Shown here: one piece after another, positions 1 through 9,521 of the stretch
Position numbering within the stretch: the stretch's first letter is position 1
Layout: each line of letters opens with the position of its first letter
Source of the DNA: an uncultured archaeon
Lineage (GTDB): Archaea; Thermoplasmatota; Penumbrarchaeia; JASLWR01
Assembly (NCBI GenBank): GCA_964342815.1
Contig: CAYFHS010000007.1
Location: forward strand, 32,001-96,000
Direction of reading: 5' to 3'
Length of the DNA stretch: 64,000 bases
The notes under the pieces: generated by a model
What the model was told of the DNA's origin: nothing
What the model saw: the letters and a program-made list of their open reading frames with translations, nothing else
The model's database searches: none
Made by a program: the position numbers and the translations under genes

Positions 1-87
1 AATTATGTATTGGAATGGGAAAATGGAATGCCGCTGTCCGCTCTAATCGATTACCTGGACTATAGAGGAAAGGGAAAACAAGTTTGA
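1..87 (+). CDS. 3' end of a CDS truncated by the window edge
   Basis: Open frame NYVLEWENGMPLSALIDYLDYRGKGKQV* from base 1 to TGA at 85-87; function not assignable. Confidence 0.4.
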   Translation, partial: NYVLEWENGMPLSALIDYLDYRGKGKQV

Positions 88-218
88 GACTCGATGGATC
101 CGGCAACGCAACCGGCTGGGAAAATATTATTAAAACCGTTACCAAATAATATATATCATCTAATTGATTATATGCTGTTCAATTAATAATATACGAAAAA
201 GCGGCAGGTAGTGATTAA

Positions 219-1922
219 ATGAAATTACGGTTTGATCGAAATGGTTCGTCTAGAATAGCTCTGACCTTTTTTCTTGCGGGTTTGCTTTTTGGAACCGCTC
301 TCCTTTTATGGACGCCAGCAAATACTGGTGAGGTGACTTATCCTAAGGATTATACCCATCGGCCAATGCTTGAATGGTTCACGGGTCTGGGCTGTCCTCC
401 CTGTATAAACGGAGCTCACCCGGCAATGGAGGAGGTCATGAAGGAGCGGGATAATATCAGCGGCGAGCCTTTCCATATGGTGGTATTCCATAATAACCTA
501 TCCGGTTCCCAGAGAGACGATCTGGCCACGGAAAAGAGTACTGCCAGATTCGATTATTACAAGGATGACCTGACCGGGGAAGGCATTCCTAACATGATTT
601 TCGACGGGGGTTTCAACGAACTAAATCCGCAGGACCCGGATGCGATTTGGGAGGAGATCAATGCTGCGGGGGAACGAAATGTAAAGAAAGCAACGTTATG
701 GGTGCAATTCGAGCTTAGGGGTGACCGTCTGAAATTCTATGTCAAGGCGAACAATATCGACAATACTCAGATCCAGGGCAGTCTCTACGTTTTCATAGTC
801 GAAAACGATGTAATAGCCTACAGCTCCGTTGCGGACGATAACATAAGCAGCGAGCTGGTTTTCAGAGATTACGGTATCGAGGGGAGAAGCATAGGCATCG
901 ATGCAGGGGGATGGTTCAATACAAGTGAGGAATGGGTAATAGACCCCAATGCCACGGTTCCCATTAATCCGGAGAAACTGTCGGTGGTTGCCGCCCTTTA
1001 CGATCGTGCGGACCTCGCTTCCGCCAAGCTGCCGCCAAGTCTCGACCCAAGCAACCACTACAAGAAGCCCACGCCCCGATGCATACAGTCTGCCACACCT
1101 GAATCCACCGAACACGACGGCGGATTCCCGGTGGATCCTTCAAAGATAACCTTCGGCTCAATTTCCCACACGCCCACGGAACCGACCCCGGACGATGAGG
1201 TAACTGTTTCCGTTACAATAATTTCCACTTATGACCTGGTCTCGGCAACCCTGAATTACAATGATGGGAAAACCCATTATCCGCCCTTCGAAATGACGAA
1301 ATCTGGCGATAACTACACAGCCGTTATCGGTCCTTTCAAGGACGGTGACACTGTAAATTACAATATTAGCGCTGAGGATGATATGGGAGTCATTGTAGTT
1401 TCACGCGATAAATCCTTCGAGGTTAAGGAGAAACCGGATGACGATGATGACGACGATGACGATGACGATGATGTTAGTGATGATGATATCGGTGACGACG
1501 ATGACGATGAACCGGATGGAAGTCTTACCATTAGCAACGTAAAGATCGAACCCGAAGTACCGTATCAGGGCGTCGATGTGAGGATATTTGCAACGGTGGA
1601 ATCCAACCACGATATAAGCTCGGTAGAGGTCAGCTACTGGGTGGAGGGCGCCACCCCTTCCACGAAGGACATGAGGAAGTCGGGCGGCGAGTATTACGCC
1701 AATTTAGGAAGATTCGACGACGGTACGATACTGTTCTACCAAATTAGCGCAGAGGATGAAGGTGGAAATGAAGAGACCGGCCAGGAACTATCAATAACAA
1801 TCGGAAGCGATGGGGATGGCACAGACTCAACAAAGGATGATACGCCGGGATTTGGGATCCTAGAAGTCCTTGCATTGCTTCTTGTTATTGTTATTGCCGG
1901 AATATTTTTACGTAGCCGTTGA
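219..1922 (+). CDS. Surface protein: Omp28/thioredoxin-like domain, Ig-like domains, poly-Asp linker, PGF-CTERM anchor
   Basis: N-terminal signal/TM; EWFTGLGCPPC CxxC motif; C-terminal TPGF + hydrophobic helix + RSR (archaeosortase-type PGF-CTERM). Confidence 0.75.
   Translation: MKLRFDRNGSSRIALTFFLAGLLFGTALLLWTPANTGEVTYPKDYTHRPMLEWFTGLGCPPCINGAHPAMEEVMKERDNISGEPFHMVVFHNNLSGSQRDDLATEKSTARFDYYKDDLTGEGIPNMIFDGGFNELNPQDPDAIWEEINAAGERNVKKATLWVQFELRGDRLKFYVKANNIDNTQIQGSLYVFIVENDVIAYSSVADDNISSELVFRDYGIEGRSIGIDAGGWFNTSEEWVIDPNATVPINPEKLSVVAALYDRADLASAKLPPSLDPSNHYKKPTPRCIQSATPESTEHDGGFPVDPSKITFGSISHTPTEPTPDDEVTVSVTIISTYDLVSATLNYNDGKTHYPPFEMTKSGDNYTAVIGPFKDGDTVNYNISAEDDMGVIVVSRDKSFEVKEKPDDDDDDDDDDDDVSDDDIGDDDDDEPDGSLTISNVKIEPEVPYQGVDVRIFATVESNHDISSVEVSYWVEGATPSTKDMRKSGGEYYANLGRFDDGTILFYQISAEDEGGNEETGQELSITIGSDGDGTDSTKDDTPGFGILEVLALLLVIVIAGIFLRSR
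1437..1511 (+). repeat. GAY-rich low-complexity tract encoding a poly-Asp linker
   Basis: Near-continuous GAT/GAC codons (DDDDDDDDDDDDVSDDDIGDDDDDE). Confidence 0.9.
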
Positions 1923-2007
1923 AATATTGATTTTTCCAAAACTGATATTCCCGGCCCCTCTACCTAATATTGAAAATAATGGTCAACCGGACTGCCCAGG
2001 AAAAAAC

Positions 2008-2026
2008 GGGGTAAATTATATACCCC
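2008..2026 (+). promoter_or_regulatory. TATA box within the inverted repeat GGGGTA-N7-TACCCC
   Basis: TTATATA at 2016-2022, about 25 nt upstream of ATG 2047 (leaderless spacing), bracketed by a perfect 6-bp inverted repeat. Confidence 0.45.
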
Positions 2027-2046
2027 ATCACGAGTCTTCCTGAGTT

Positions 2047-2496
2047 ATGGGCGACGCACCACTCCACGTACCTGACAAGGTGATCTGCGAAAAGTGCAAG
2101 TACAGCTATAAAAGTGCAGTCACCGTGTTTGCAGCGAAGGACGTGACCTATGAATCAAAATGTCCCCAGTGCTCCCACCTCAACAAGAAGAAACTGAAAA
2201 AGGAGACCATACTTAATTTGACCAAGGCTGGCAGTGAGAACGCATCAGCGCCTTCCTCGAACACAGCCAAAAGAGCGCCAGACATATTCAAAGGGGCCGA
2301 CCTAAAAGGACTATATATCTCCGTTGTGGCCGTTTGCAGCTATATACTTGGGTGGATAATTCAATGGCTCTCCGAGGATGGGAGTTCATTTCTTCACAAC
2401 GTAGGTAGTTTTCTCGGGAAGCTAGCGGTACCGACCTTTGGACTCGGGGCTGCTCTTCTGTTGTATGCAATTGCCTCGAGAAAGTACCCCGAATGA
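2047..2496 (+). CDS. Zn-ribbon membrane protein
   Basis: CEKC...CPQC pair followed by two C-terminal hydrophobic helices. Confidence 0.65.
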   Translation: MGDAPLHVPDKVICEKCKYSYKSAVTVFAAKDVTYESKCPQCSHLNKKKLKKETILNLTKAGSENASAPSSNTAKRAPDIFKGADLKGLYISVVAVCSYILGWIIQWLSEDGSSFLHNVGSFLGKLAVPTFGLGAALLLYAIASRKYPE

Positions 2497-2505
2497 TCTT
2501 TGATA

Positions 2506-4272
2506 TCAAGCGTAATAGAATTCTCCCGACGATTTCTGCTCACGGTCGAGCCTGGAATCCAGCTTGTTCACACGGGGACGATGCGTCTCCTTATCCCTTC
2601 TGAACGTCACGTCGAGATTTTTCAAAAATCGGTTCATTCCGTTTCTCAGGTCGAAGGGCCCAAGGGCGATCCCAAGCTGGGAGGGCTTACCGGTAAATAC
2701 CATAAGAGAGTCCGAGATAAGGTCAATAAAATAAACGTCGTGGTCCACAACCAGCGCGGACGATGATGATTTCTCAACCACCCGACGTATAACCTTCGCC
2801 GCTTCCATACGTTGGTTGGAATCCAGATAGGCCGAGGGTTCGTCGAGAAGGTATATGTCGGCACTCTTTCCAAGCGTAGCTGCGAGAGCGACTCTCTGAA
2901 GTTCACCACCTGAAAGATTTCCCACATTTTTGTTGTAGAGCTTGTTCATTGCCAACGGTCCTTCCACATGAGCTTTGTAAAAGCCCGATTCAGCTTCCTC
3001 ACCCAGCTCGATGTAGATATACTCTCTTACGCTGCAGTCGTGTTCGATGCTGATATATTGGGGTTTGTAAGCCAGCTCAAGTTCTTGCGGAACCTCGCCG
3101 GCATCGGGTTCGAGTTTTCCTGCCAGCATCTCCACTAAAGTGGTCTTCCCTGTGGCATTTGGACCCACCATCCCAATAACCTCTCCGTAATGAACGGTCC
3201 CCTTTCCCGTGCTGAGTGAGAACGAGGGGAATTTCTTTTTCAATTCCGGAAACTCAAGCATGGCCCCCGCCGGCCACTCCCTGCGGGGAGGTTTGACCTC
3301 AAACTTGATCTCGTAGTTCCTGAAACGGATATTCTCCTTCTCGAGAAAGCCGCCAAGATACGTATTGATGGCGTTTCTTGCGCTTCGGGGCTGGGCTACC
3401 ACGCCATACGCGCCTTCCGAACCGTACATAAGGTATACCGACTCGCTCAGGAAATCCAAAATCGCCAGGTCGTGCTCGATCACCATTACCTGTTTTTCCC
3501 GGGACAGTTCCTGAATGACCTTGGATACATTCAGCCTCTGATAAATGTCGAGGTATGATGAGGGTTCGTCGAAAAAGTAAATGTCAGCGTCCTTGAGAAC
3601 CGTGGCGGCAATGGCTACACGCTGCAGCTCACCCCCGGATAGTTTTCCCAGTTCCCGTGTTTTTATCCTGTCGAGCTCCAGTCTCTCGATCATTTCATCG
3701 GCCTTCTTTCCACTGTCGACTCCATGTAAAAGCTCGCTTACGGTACCGGATATTACCTGGGGAAGCTTGTCGACATACTGGGGCTTCAGCGCCGGTCTGA
3801 CCGTCCCGTGGGCCAGTTTCGAGAAATAATTGAACATCTCCGTACCCGCATATCTATCCAGTACCTTCTCCCACTGTCCTTCCTCTTCGAAGGAGCCCAG
3901 GTTTGGTACCTGCTGACCCGAGAGTATATTGATGACGGTGGTCTTTCCTATCCCGTTTGGACCCAGGAGACCAATGACCTTTCCCTCCTGCGGGGCTGGT
4001 AATCGGAAAAGTCGGAAACCGTTCTCTGAGAACTGATGGACTATCTCTTTTTCAAGTTCTTCAGCGAGATTGATGATCTTTATTGCGTCGAAGGGGCACT
4101 TGTGAATGCATATTCCACAGCCCACACAGAGTATCTCGCTTATCTCCGGAATTCCTTTTTTCCCAAGTACTATTGTCTCGTCGCCCATTCTTACGCGCGG
4201 ACAGAACTTGTAACACTCGTGGGAACATTTTTTCGGCTGGCACCTGTCACGCAATAGTACAGCAATCCTCAT
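2506..4272 (-). CDS. rli: Ribosome recycling ATPase ABCE1/RLI
   Basis: N-terminal Fe-S domain (CQPKKCSHECYKFCP, CVGCGICIHKCP), two ABC NBDs (GPNGIGKTT, GPNATGKTT, LSGGELQR twice). Confidence 0.97.
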   Translation of the reverse strand: MRIAVLLRDRCQPKKCSHECYKFCPRVRMGDETIVLGKKGIPEISEILCVGCGICIHKCPFDAIKIINLAEELEKEIVHQFSENGFRLFRLPAPQEGKVIGLLGPNGIGKTTVINILSGQQVPNLGSFEEEGQWEKVLDRYAGTEMFNYFSKLAHGTVRPALKPQYVDKLPQVISGTVSELLHGVDSGKKADEMIERLELDRIKTRELGKLSGGELQRVAIAATVLKDADIYFFDEPSSYLDIYQRLNVSKVIQELSREKQVMVIEHDLAILDFLSESVYLMYGSEGAYGVVAQPRSARNAINTYLGGFLEKENIRFRNYEIKFEVKPPRREWPAGAMLEFPELKKKFPSFSLSTGKGTVHYGEVIGMVGPNATGKTTLVEMLAGKLEPDAGEVPQELELAYKPQYISIEHDCSVREYIYIELGEEAESGFYKAHVEGPLAMNKLYNKNVGNLSGGELQRVALAATLGKSADIYLLDEPSAYLDSNQRMEAAKVIRRVVEKSSSSALVVDHDVYFIDLISDSLMVFTGKPSQLGIALGPFDLRNGMNRFLKNLDVTFRRDKETHRPRVNKLDSRLDREQKSSGEFYYA

Positions 4273-4341
4273 ATTTCATCACCCTTGAAAGGCATTTTAC
4301 CGATGATAGTATAATATCGGCGGTTGTTATTTAAAAAAAAG

Positions 4342-4419
4342 TGGCGCCCCGAACGGAATTTGAATCCGTGTCCTCGGCTCGACAGGCCGAGATGATGGGC
4401 CGGGCTACACCATCGGGGC
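4342..4419 (-). tRNA. tRNA-Asp(GTC), CCA encoded
   Basis: Reverse complement folds as GCCCCGA/TCGGGGC acceptor, anticodon arm CTCGGC-CT-GTC-GA-GCCGAG, T arm ACGGA-TTCAAAT-TCCGT, 3' GCCA. Confidence 0.97.
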
Positions 4420-4607
4420 ATCCATACAATAGGTGGTGTGAGGGTAAGATATTTTATATATTAAAGATTTTGGAGAATTTTTTACCGGCCAATGGTTATC
4501 TGCCTTCATGGGACTACAATACCAAGAAGATGACCACAATGGTTATTTAGTTCGACCGGTATTTACCGATATCCAAATTATCAATCTTACATTTCGTCAA
4601 TAAAATT

Positions 4608-5438
4608 ATGGTGGTTTTCTTGTTTGAGCGCGTTCTAATAACGACCGATAACGTCGATATCATCGACAATGCGTTGATCTACATCGATGCCATGTTCCCC
4701 AAGGCCAAGCTTCATGTTATATCCATTCATGACAAGAGCCAGGTCACAACGGAACATCTGGATAACGTATTCAACAGACTTTCCCAGGAAGGAGCGGAAG
4801 AAACCGCTATCCTCACCGAAAAGAAGCTCAAACATTTGAAAATGAAGGCAAAGGTGACTGTACTGGAGGGAAAACCCTCTAAGGAGATCGCGTCTTACGT
4901 AAAAATGAACGATATAGACATCATCATCGCCGAGACATATGACAAATACGGTCTCCAGACAAAGAAACTGGAGCCCCTTCTCGAAGAACTCGCCCGCCAG
5001 GTGAAAGTACCGCTACTGGCAATGAACACACCTGACAACCTCCGAAAACCATCCAGGGTCCTAGTGGTTACCGACGAGACTCAAAAGATCACTAACGTCA
5101 AGCGTCTCCTAAACTATCTTTATTCATCCTACAAATGCGGCTTCACCTTCATGGTCCCCAGGGCGGATGCCAGAGGAGTAAAAACTAAGTTAACGAAACC
5201 CATACTGGATATGGGCCTTTCCCTGAAGACCAAGAGGGCGCGGGTAGGTACTTTAACCAATCTTACGTCTCTCGCAAATGCCGCAATCGAACATTCACAG
5301 ACCCACGATCTGGTGGTATTCTCTCACCACGAACGAAAGATGGCTGACCTTTTCTCGAATTCTCTAAAACAGATTTTTTTGAGGTCCAAGGTTCCTGTAA
5401 TCGTGATCTATCCTCATCACAAAATAAAAAGTAACTGA
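4608..5438 (+). CDS. Tandem universal stress protein (USP) domain protein
   Basis: VLITTD, EGKPSKEIASY, DIDIIIA and VPLL motifs in the first domain; degenerate second USP domain ending in SKVPVIVI. Confidence 0.7.
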   Translation: MVVFLFERVLITTDNVDIIDNALIYIDAMFPKAKLHVISIHDKSQVTTEHLDNVFNRLSQEGAEETAILTEKKLKHLKMKAKVTVLEGKPSKEIASYVKMNDIDIIIAETYDKYGLQTKKLEPLLEELARQVKVPLLAMNTPDNLRKPSRVLVVTDETQKITNVKRLLNYLYSSYKCGFTFMVPRADARGVKTKLTKPILDMGLSLKTKRARVGTLTNLTSLANAAIEHSQTHDLVVFSHHERKMADLFSNSLKQIFLRSKVPVIVIYPHHKIKSN

Positions 5439-5633
5439 GATTTTTTTCCACCAATTTCTTCAACCCGATATCGTACATCCAGTAGAATATCTCATCAATA
5501 AATATTTAGAATTATAACAATTTATAAATTGGGATTCGTGCTTTTCTATGATCGTCAGAATTTGCGCTGAAAACAGAAATGGAAACCAAATCAATAAAGA
5601 AAAATCAATCCATATGAATGTCATAAAAAAAAA

Positions 5634-6587
5634 TCAAACATAGCTGAAAGTGTCGTAACTGTCCGCTAAATTCTCTCGGTCCTGATCAGCCTTATGATAG
5701 GCCTCCACGAACTGGCCGCAGTTGCTGCCGATCTTGTTCTCCTCCTGCTCCCCAATGCTAAGAAGGGCGTCAAAACCCTTTTCCTTGATCCGTTCCAGAA
5801 TCCGTTCACCCTCCCCGGATTCTATGGGTTTACCAATGATTCCCGGGGCCAGGCTGTTTCGGTTTGCCATAAAGGTTGGATTCAAAGGGGTCATCTTGAT
5901 GAAGAACAGGTCCGGAGAGAAATTCTTTCTCAGGACTTTCGGGTCCAGTATGAAGTCCTTTGCGAGTATGAAGTTCAACGTTACCTTCTTGCCGCCTTTA
6001 TTGTGGAATCTATCAGCATAATCTGCGATCTGCAGAAATGTCATCTTTTTTATAGGGATTATCCTATCTCTTATCACGGGGTCGGTTGAATGTATGGAGA
6101 ACTGAAGCTGAAAGCTCGTCATGTAATGTCTCTTTTTTATATCCAATAATCCTTCGAAGAACTTATCCCTGCCAGCCGGTCCAACCGTTGAAAGCGAGGG
6201 AATAAAGCCGGGGGCGTCGTACTTTTTAGGGAACTCGTCCAAAACGGTAAGAACTTCGTCATTGAAAGCAGGCTCTCCCATTCTGGAAAACTGTATCTTG
6301 AACTTCGTCACCGGTATCCTGCTCCCTCCGAAGTGCCTCCCCACCACGTGGTCTATCTGAGCGAACATATCCCCCGCGTTGACCTTTCCCCGGTACGTGC
6401 CCCCTGCATCGCACATGATACATCCAACGGGACAACCAAGAAGAGTGGAAATGATCATCACCATCTTCTGATTCCGGTCGAATGGCGGTTGTAACGATTC
6501 CACGAACTCAATGTAATGACCTTGGTCCGTGCGGGCCAGATACACCGTTGCCAGGTCGTCCCTGCCGTAACGTTCGATAATATTCAT
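5634..6587 (-). CDS. RlmN/Cfr-like radical SAM protein
   Basis: CPVGCIMC (CxxxCxxC), RMGEP motif, C-terminal NCGQ matching RlmN ACGQ. Confidence 0.85.
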   Translation of the reverse strand: MNIIERYGRDDLATVYLARTDQGHYIEFVESLQPPFDRNQKMVMIISTLLGCPVGCIMCDAGGTYRGKVNAGDMFAQIDHVVGRHFGGSRIPVTKFKIQFSRMGEPAFNDEVLTVLDEFPKKYDAPGFIPSLSTVGPAGRDKFFEGLLDIKKRHYMTSFQLQFSIHSTDPVIRDRIIPIKKMTFLQIADYADRFHNKGGKKVTLNFILAKDFILDPKVLRKNFSPDLFFIKMTPLNPTFMANRNSLAPGIIGKPIESGEGERILERIKEKGFDALLSIGEQEENKIGSNCGQFVEAYHKADQDRENLADSYDTFSYV

Positions 6588-6601
6588 TTAAACATCTTTT
6601 C

Positions 6602-7492
6602 CTATTCTTTTTCACCAAGATAGATGTCCATTGCAGTATGCATTCCGTCGCCGATGGATACTGAGGCTTGTCTCGTCAGACCTCGGATTACGTCTCCAGC
6701 GAAATACAGGCCTGAGATTTTTATTTTTCCATCAAAACATTTTCTGATGTCAGTTGAAAAGAAATCAGTTGACGGCACCCGACCTATCGCTACCAGAAGA
6801 AAATCAACCCGGATACTTTTTTTTGTTTTTCCCGGGGTCGTTATCAAATGCAGCAGCAAGCCCTCACCTTCCGGAACGATTTCAACAACTGACGTTGACA
6901 TCAGATATTCGATATTGTCGTTAACGGAAACCCGGTCCTGCAGCAGAGGAAGGCATTTGCTGCAAGTACCTCGGTTCAGGATCACCACGCGGTTTTTCCT
7001 CGCGAGGTTCAGCGCATAATCGAATGCAGAGTCTCCTGCACCTATCACTGCTATCTTTTTTTCTTCAACTTCCTTCAAGTGAACAACCTCATAGAACAAT
7101 AGATCCTCGGCCATTTCGGGGAACGGTCCCAATTTGAGCTTTCTTGGTTGGGTACCAGTCGCAATGATAAGATTCATTGAACAAACGGTTCCCGAAGATG
7201 CAGTGACCACCTCGAACAGTCCATCATTGTAATCCGCATTTATTACCTCATCCTTGAGAACATCCACATGAAGCCGGTCCAGCTGTCTTTTAAATAACTT
7301 TACCAGTTCCGTTCCGGAGACCCCATTGGGAAAACCAGGATAATTCTCTATCAGATGAGCGTTTCTCAGCAGTCCCCCGATCTCGTTCTTCTCCATCATC
7401 ACAAAATCGATACCGCATCTTTTCAACTGTATTGCAGCGGTGATTCCCCCCGGTCCCGCGCCTAATATGCAGGTATTTATAGTCTTTTTCAA
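6602..7492 (-). CDS. Thioredoxin-reductase-like NAD(P)/FAD oxidoreductase lacking the redox CxxC
   Basis: GAGPGG, IATGT, IAVIGAGDSA and YFAGD motifs; LLFYEVVHL sits where CxxC normally is. Confidence 0.85.
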   Translation of the reverse strand: MKKTINTCILGAGPGGITAAIQLKRCGIDFVMMEKNEIGGLLRNAHLIENYPGFPNGVSGTELVKLFKRQLDRLHVDVLKDEVINADYNDGLFEVVTASSGTVCSMNLIIATGTQPRKLKLGPFPEMAEDLLFYEVVHLKEVEEKKIAVIGAGDSAFDYALNLARKNRVVILNRGTCSKCLPLLQDRVSVNDNIEYLMSTSVVEIVPEGEGLLLHLITTPGKTKKSIRVDFLLVAIGRVPSTDFFSTDIRKCFDGKIKISGLYFAGDVIRGLTRQASVSIGDGMHTAMDIYLGEKE

Positions 7493-8142
7493 CGGAATGC
7501 CTCCATTAATCGACGCATGAGAGTAGGTACGGCAAAACCGTGTGAAAGATTCAAAAAAGCGGCCAGGTGAAACGCTTCGTTGTAGGTTGCCGTACCGTCC
7601 ATGGGGATAAAAACGTTGAAATTTCTATTAAAAGCACTCCTCGCCGTGGTCTCACAGCAGAGATGTGTCATCACTCCGCAGATTACAATTTCCTTAACTC
7701 CGTTTGTATAAAGGATATTTTCTAAATCGGTATGAAGAAATGCATCGTAGGTCGATTTTTCCAATATTATCCCGTGTCCGGTATCCAACGATGTAATTAT
7801 CTCACTTCTCTCATCGTCTCTTGCCGTGGAGTCTCCCCACCATTTCATCATTGTGTCCGGTGAGCCGTTCGATAAGTGTCTTGTAAATATCACAGGGCGC
7901 CCGAGCTTATAGTATAGTTCTATTAATCCGGAGATTCCGGGAATTATGGCAGGTGCCGACGGAACGAAAGCATGTGAACTCGCTTGTATAAAATAGTTCT
8001 GCATATCAATTACGAGAAGTGCGGAATCAACGGGAATAAATGAATAACGTTCGTGCGAAAGGTGGTAAATATCCTTTTTTTTTATCCAACTAACCGCTTT
8101 ATCCTCAATGTTATCGCGTGTAAAATATGCGGTTTTTTTCAT
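7489..8142 (-). CDS. Isochorismatase-family cysteine hydrolase
   Basis: LLVIDMQN, EKSTYDAF, CGVMTHLCCETTARSAF (Asp-Lys-Cys triad). Confidence 0.9.
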   Translation of the reverse strand: MKKTAYFTRDNIEDKAVSWIKKKDIYHLSHERYSFIPVDSALLVIDMQNYFIQASSHAFVPSAPAIIPGISGLIELYYKLGRPVIFTRHLSNGSPDTMMKWWGDSTARDDERSEIITSLDTGHGIILEKSTYDAFLHTDLENILYTNGVKEIVICGVMTHLCCETTARSAFNRNFNVFIPMDGTATYNEAFHLAAFLNLSHGFAVPTLMRRLMEAFR

Positions 8143-8537
8143 AATTTAGTGAAATATCAAGTACGTTATACATTTTACCGTTGAATTTATCAGGGCTATG
8201 CGTTTTTCGGGGGGTAGATTCGATGAATCGGACTAACCGTCTCCTTATGGGATACGGTAAGAATAGCTGGTGAAAATCCTTCCATTAATGCTGAAAATAT
8301 TTATACTTGTATTAATTGTAGGTAAAAGAGATGTTCCACAACATTTATATACTTGTAAAATTCACGTTCCAATTTTTTATTTATACACAATGGTGTTATA
8401 CTAAGCCTCAGAGACCATGCTTATCCGGCAAGGTATAATCGGAAAACAAATGATAAGGACCTAGCAAATCCTCAAGCAATTTCCATTTGTTTGTAAGGAG
8501 GAGATTAAAGGTCGATTAATAATTATGGAGGAATAAA

Positions 8538-8981
8538 ATGAACAGATTGGATATTGCCAAAAAGGTAAGAAGGAAGATACTTGCGCATATTAAGAACAAC
8601 CCTGGAAGACATTTCAGTGAGATATTGAGACGGTTGAAGTTATCGTCGGGTCGACTGACTTACCATATATTGAAGCTAGAAGAAGCTGAAAAGATATTTG
8701 CAAAATACGACGGATACTGGAAACGGTTTTACCCCATATCCGCGGTGGACGACGAAATACCCGAATCCCTCACACCCAAGCAGGCCGAGATACTTCGAAT
8801 AGTTGGTAAACATCCGGGATCGACCTATATGAAAATAGTTGACAGGTGTGGGAAAACCCGCCAGGCGATATATTATCATATGAAGAAACTCGTTGAAACG
8901 GGGAAGATAAGAATTGATGTTGTAAAGGGAAAACATTTTTTCTACGTCGAAAAATCGGGAGAAGGGTCCAATGGAAAATAA
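8538..8981 (+). CDS. Double winged-helix transcription regulator
   Basis: IKNNPGRHFSEILRRL...YHILKLE and a second HTH TPKQAEIL...IYYHMKKL; GGAGG RBS. Confidence 0.75.
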   Translation: MNRLDIAKKVRRKILAHIKNNPGRHFSEILRRLKLSSGRLTYHILKLEEAEKIFAKYDGYWKRFYPISAVDDEIPESLTPKQAEILRIVGKHPGSTYMKIVDRCGKTRQAIYYHMKKLVETGKIRIDVVKGKHFFYVEKSGEGSNGK

Positions 8982-9381
8982 AGGGATTTACAACAAAAAC
9001 CGATGCAACATATTCAATTTCATCATCGAAAATCCCGGAAAACATTTCAGCGATATAAAACGGCAATTGAACCTTACGAAACGTGGATTGGGCTATCACC
9101 TGGAGAAAATGGTAAAAGAGGGTTTGATAGCAGAGAAACCCCTGGGTATCTTCAAGTTCTATTACCCTGCCAGTATGGAACAACCCGCAACAAAACTGAC
9201 CCCTATGCAGCAGAGGATATTCGATATCATTAGTGAAGAACCATGTACCACCGATGAAATCGCGGATGTAATGGATAAATCCAAACGTTCGGTGGAATAT
9301 CATCTTGGAAATCTATCTCGACAGGGGTATATTGTAAAGAAGAAAGCCAAAAATAAGGGCTTTTACTGGCATGCGGAATAG
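8971..9381 (+). CDS. Double winged-helix transcription regulator (tandem paralogue)
   Basis: IIENPGKHFSDIKRQL...YHLEKM and TPMQQRIF...VEYHLGNL; same layout as the upstream gene. Confidence 0.75.
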   Translation: MENKGIYNKNRCNIFNFIIENPGKHFSDIKRQLNLTKRGLGYHLEKMVKEGLIAEKPLGIFKFYYPASMEQPATKLTPMQQRIFDIISEEPCTTDEIADVMDKSKRSVEYHLGNLSRQGYIVKKKAKNKGFYWHAE

Positions 9382-9521
9382 ATTAAATACCCATTAGTAT
9401 CCTGTGAGGGTAATCGTAATTTTCCGATTTATTCTGTTACTGCGGTTCATCGTGGGGAAGAATTTCATACCCCTCACAGTTTTTTCTGTTAGTTACCCCT
9501 GTTTGGAAGGTATGTGATATA

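Noticed and set aside
4341-4550. 69-aa ORF on the + strand
   Set aside because: It is the antisense of tRNA-Asp and its promoter.
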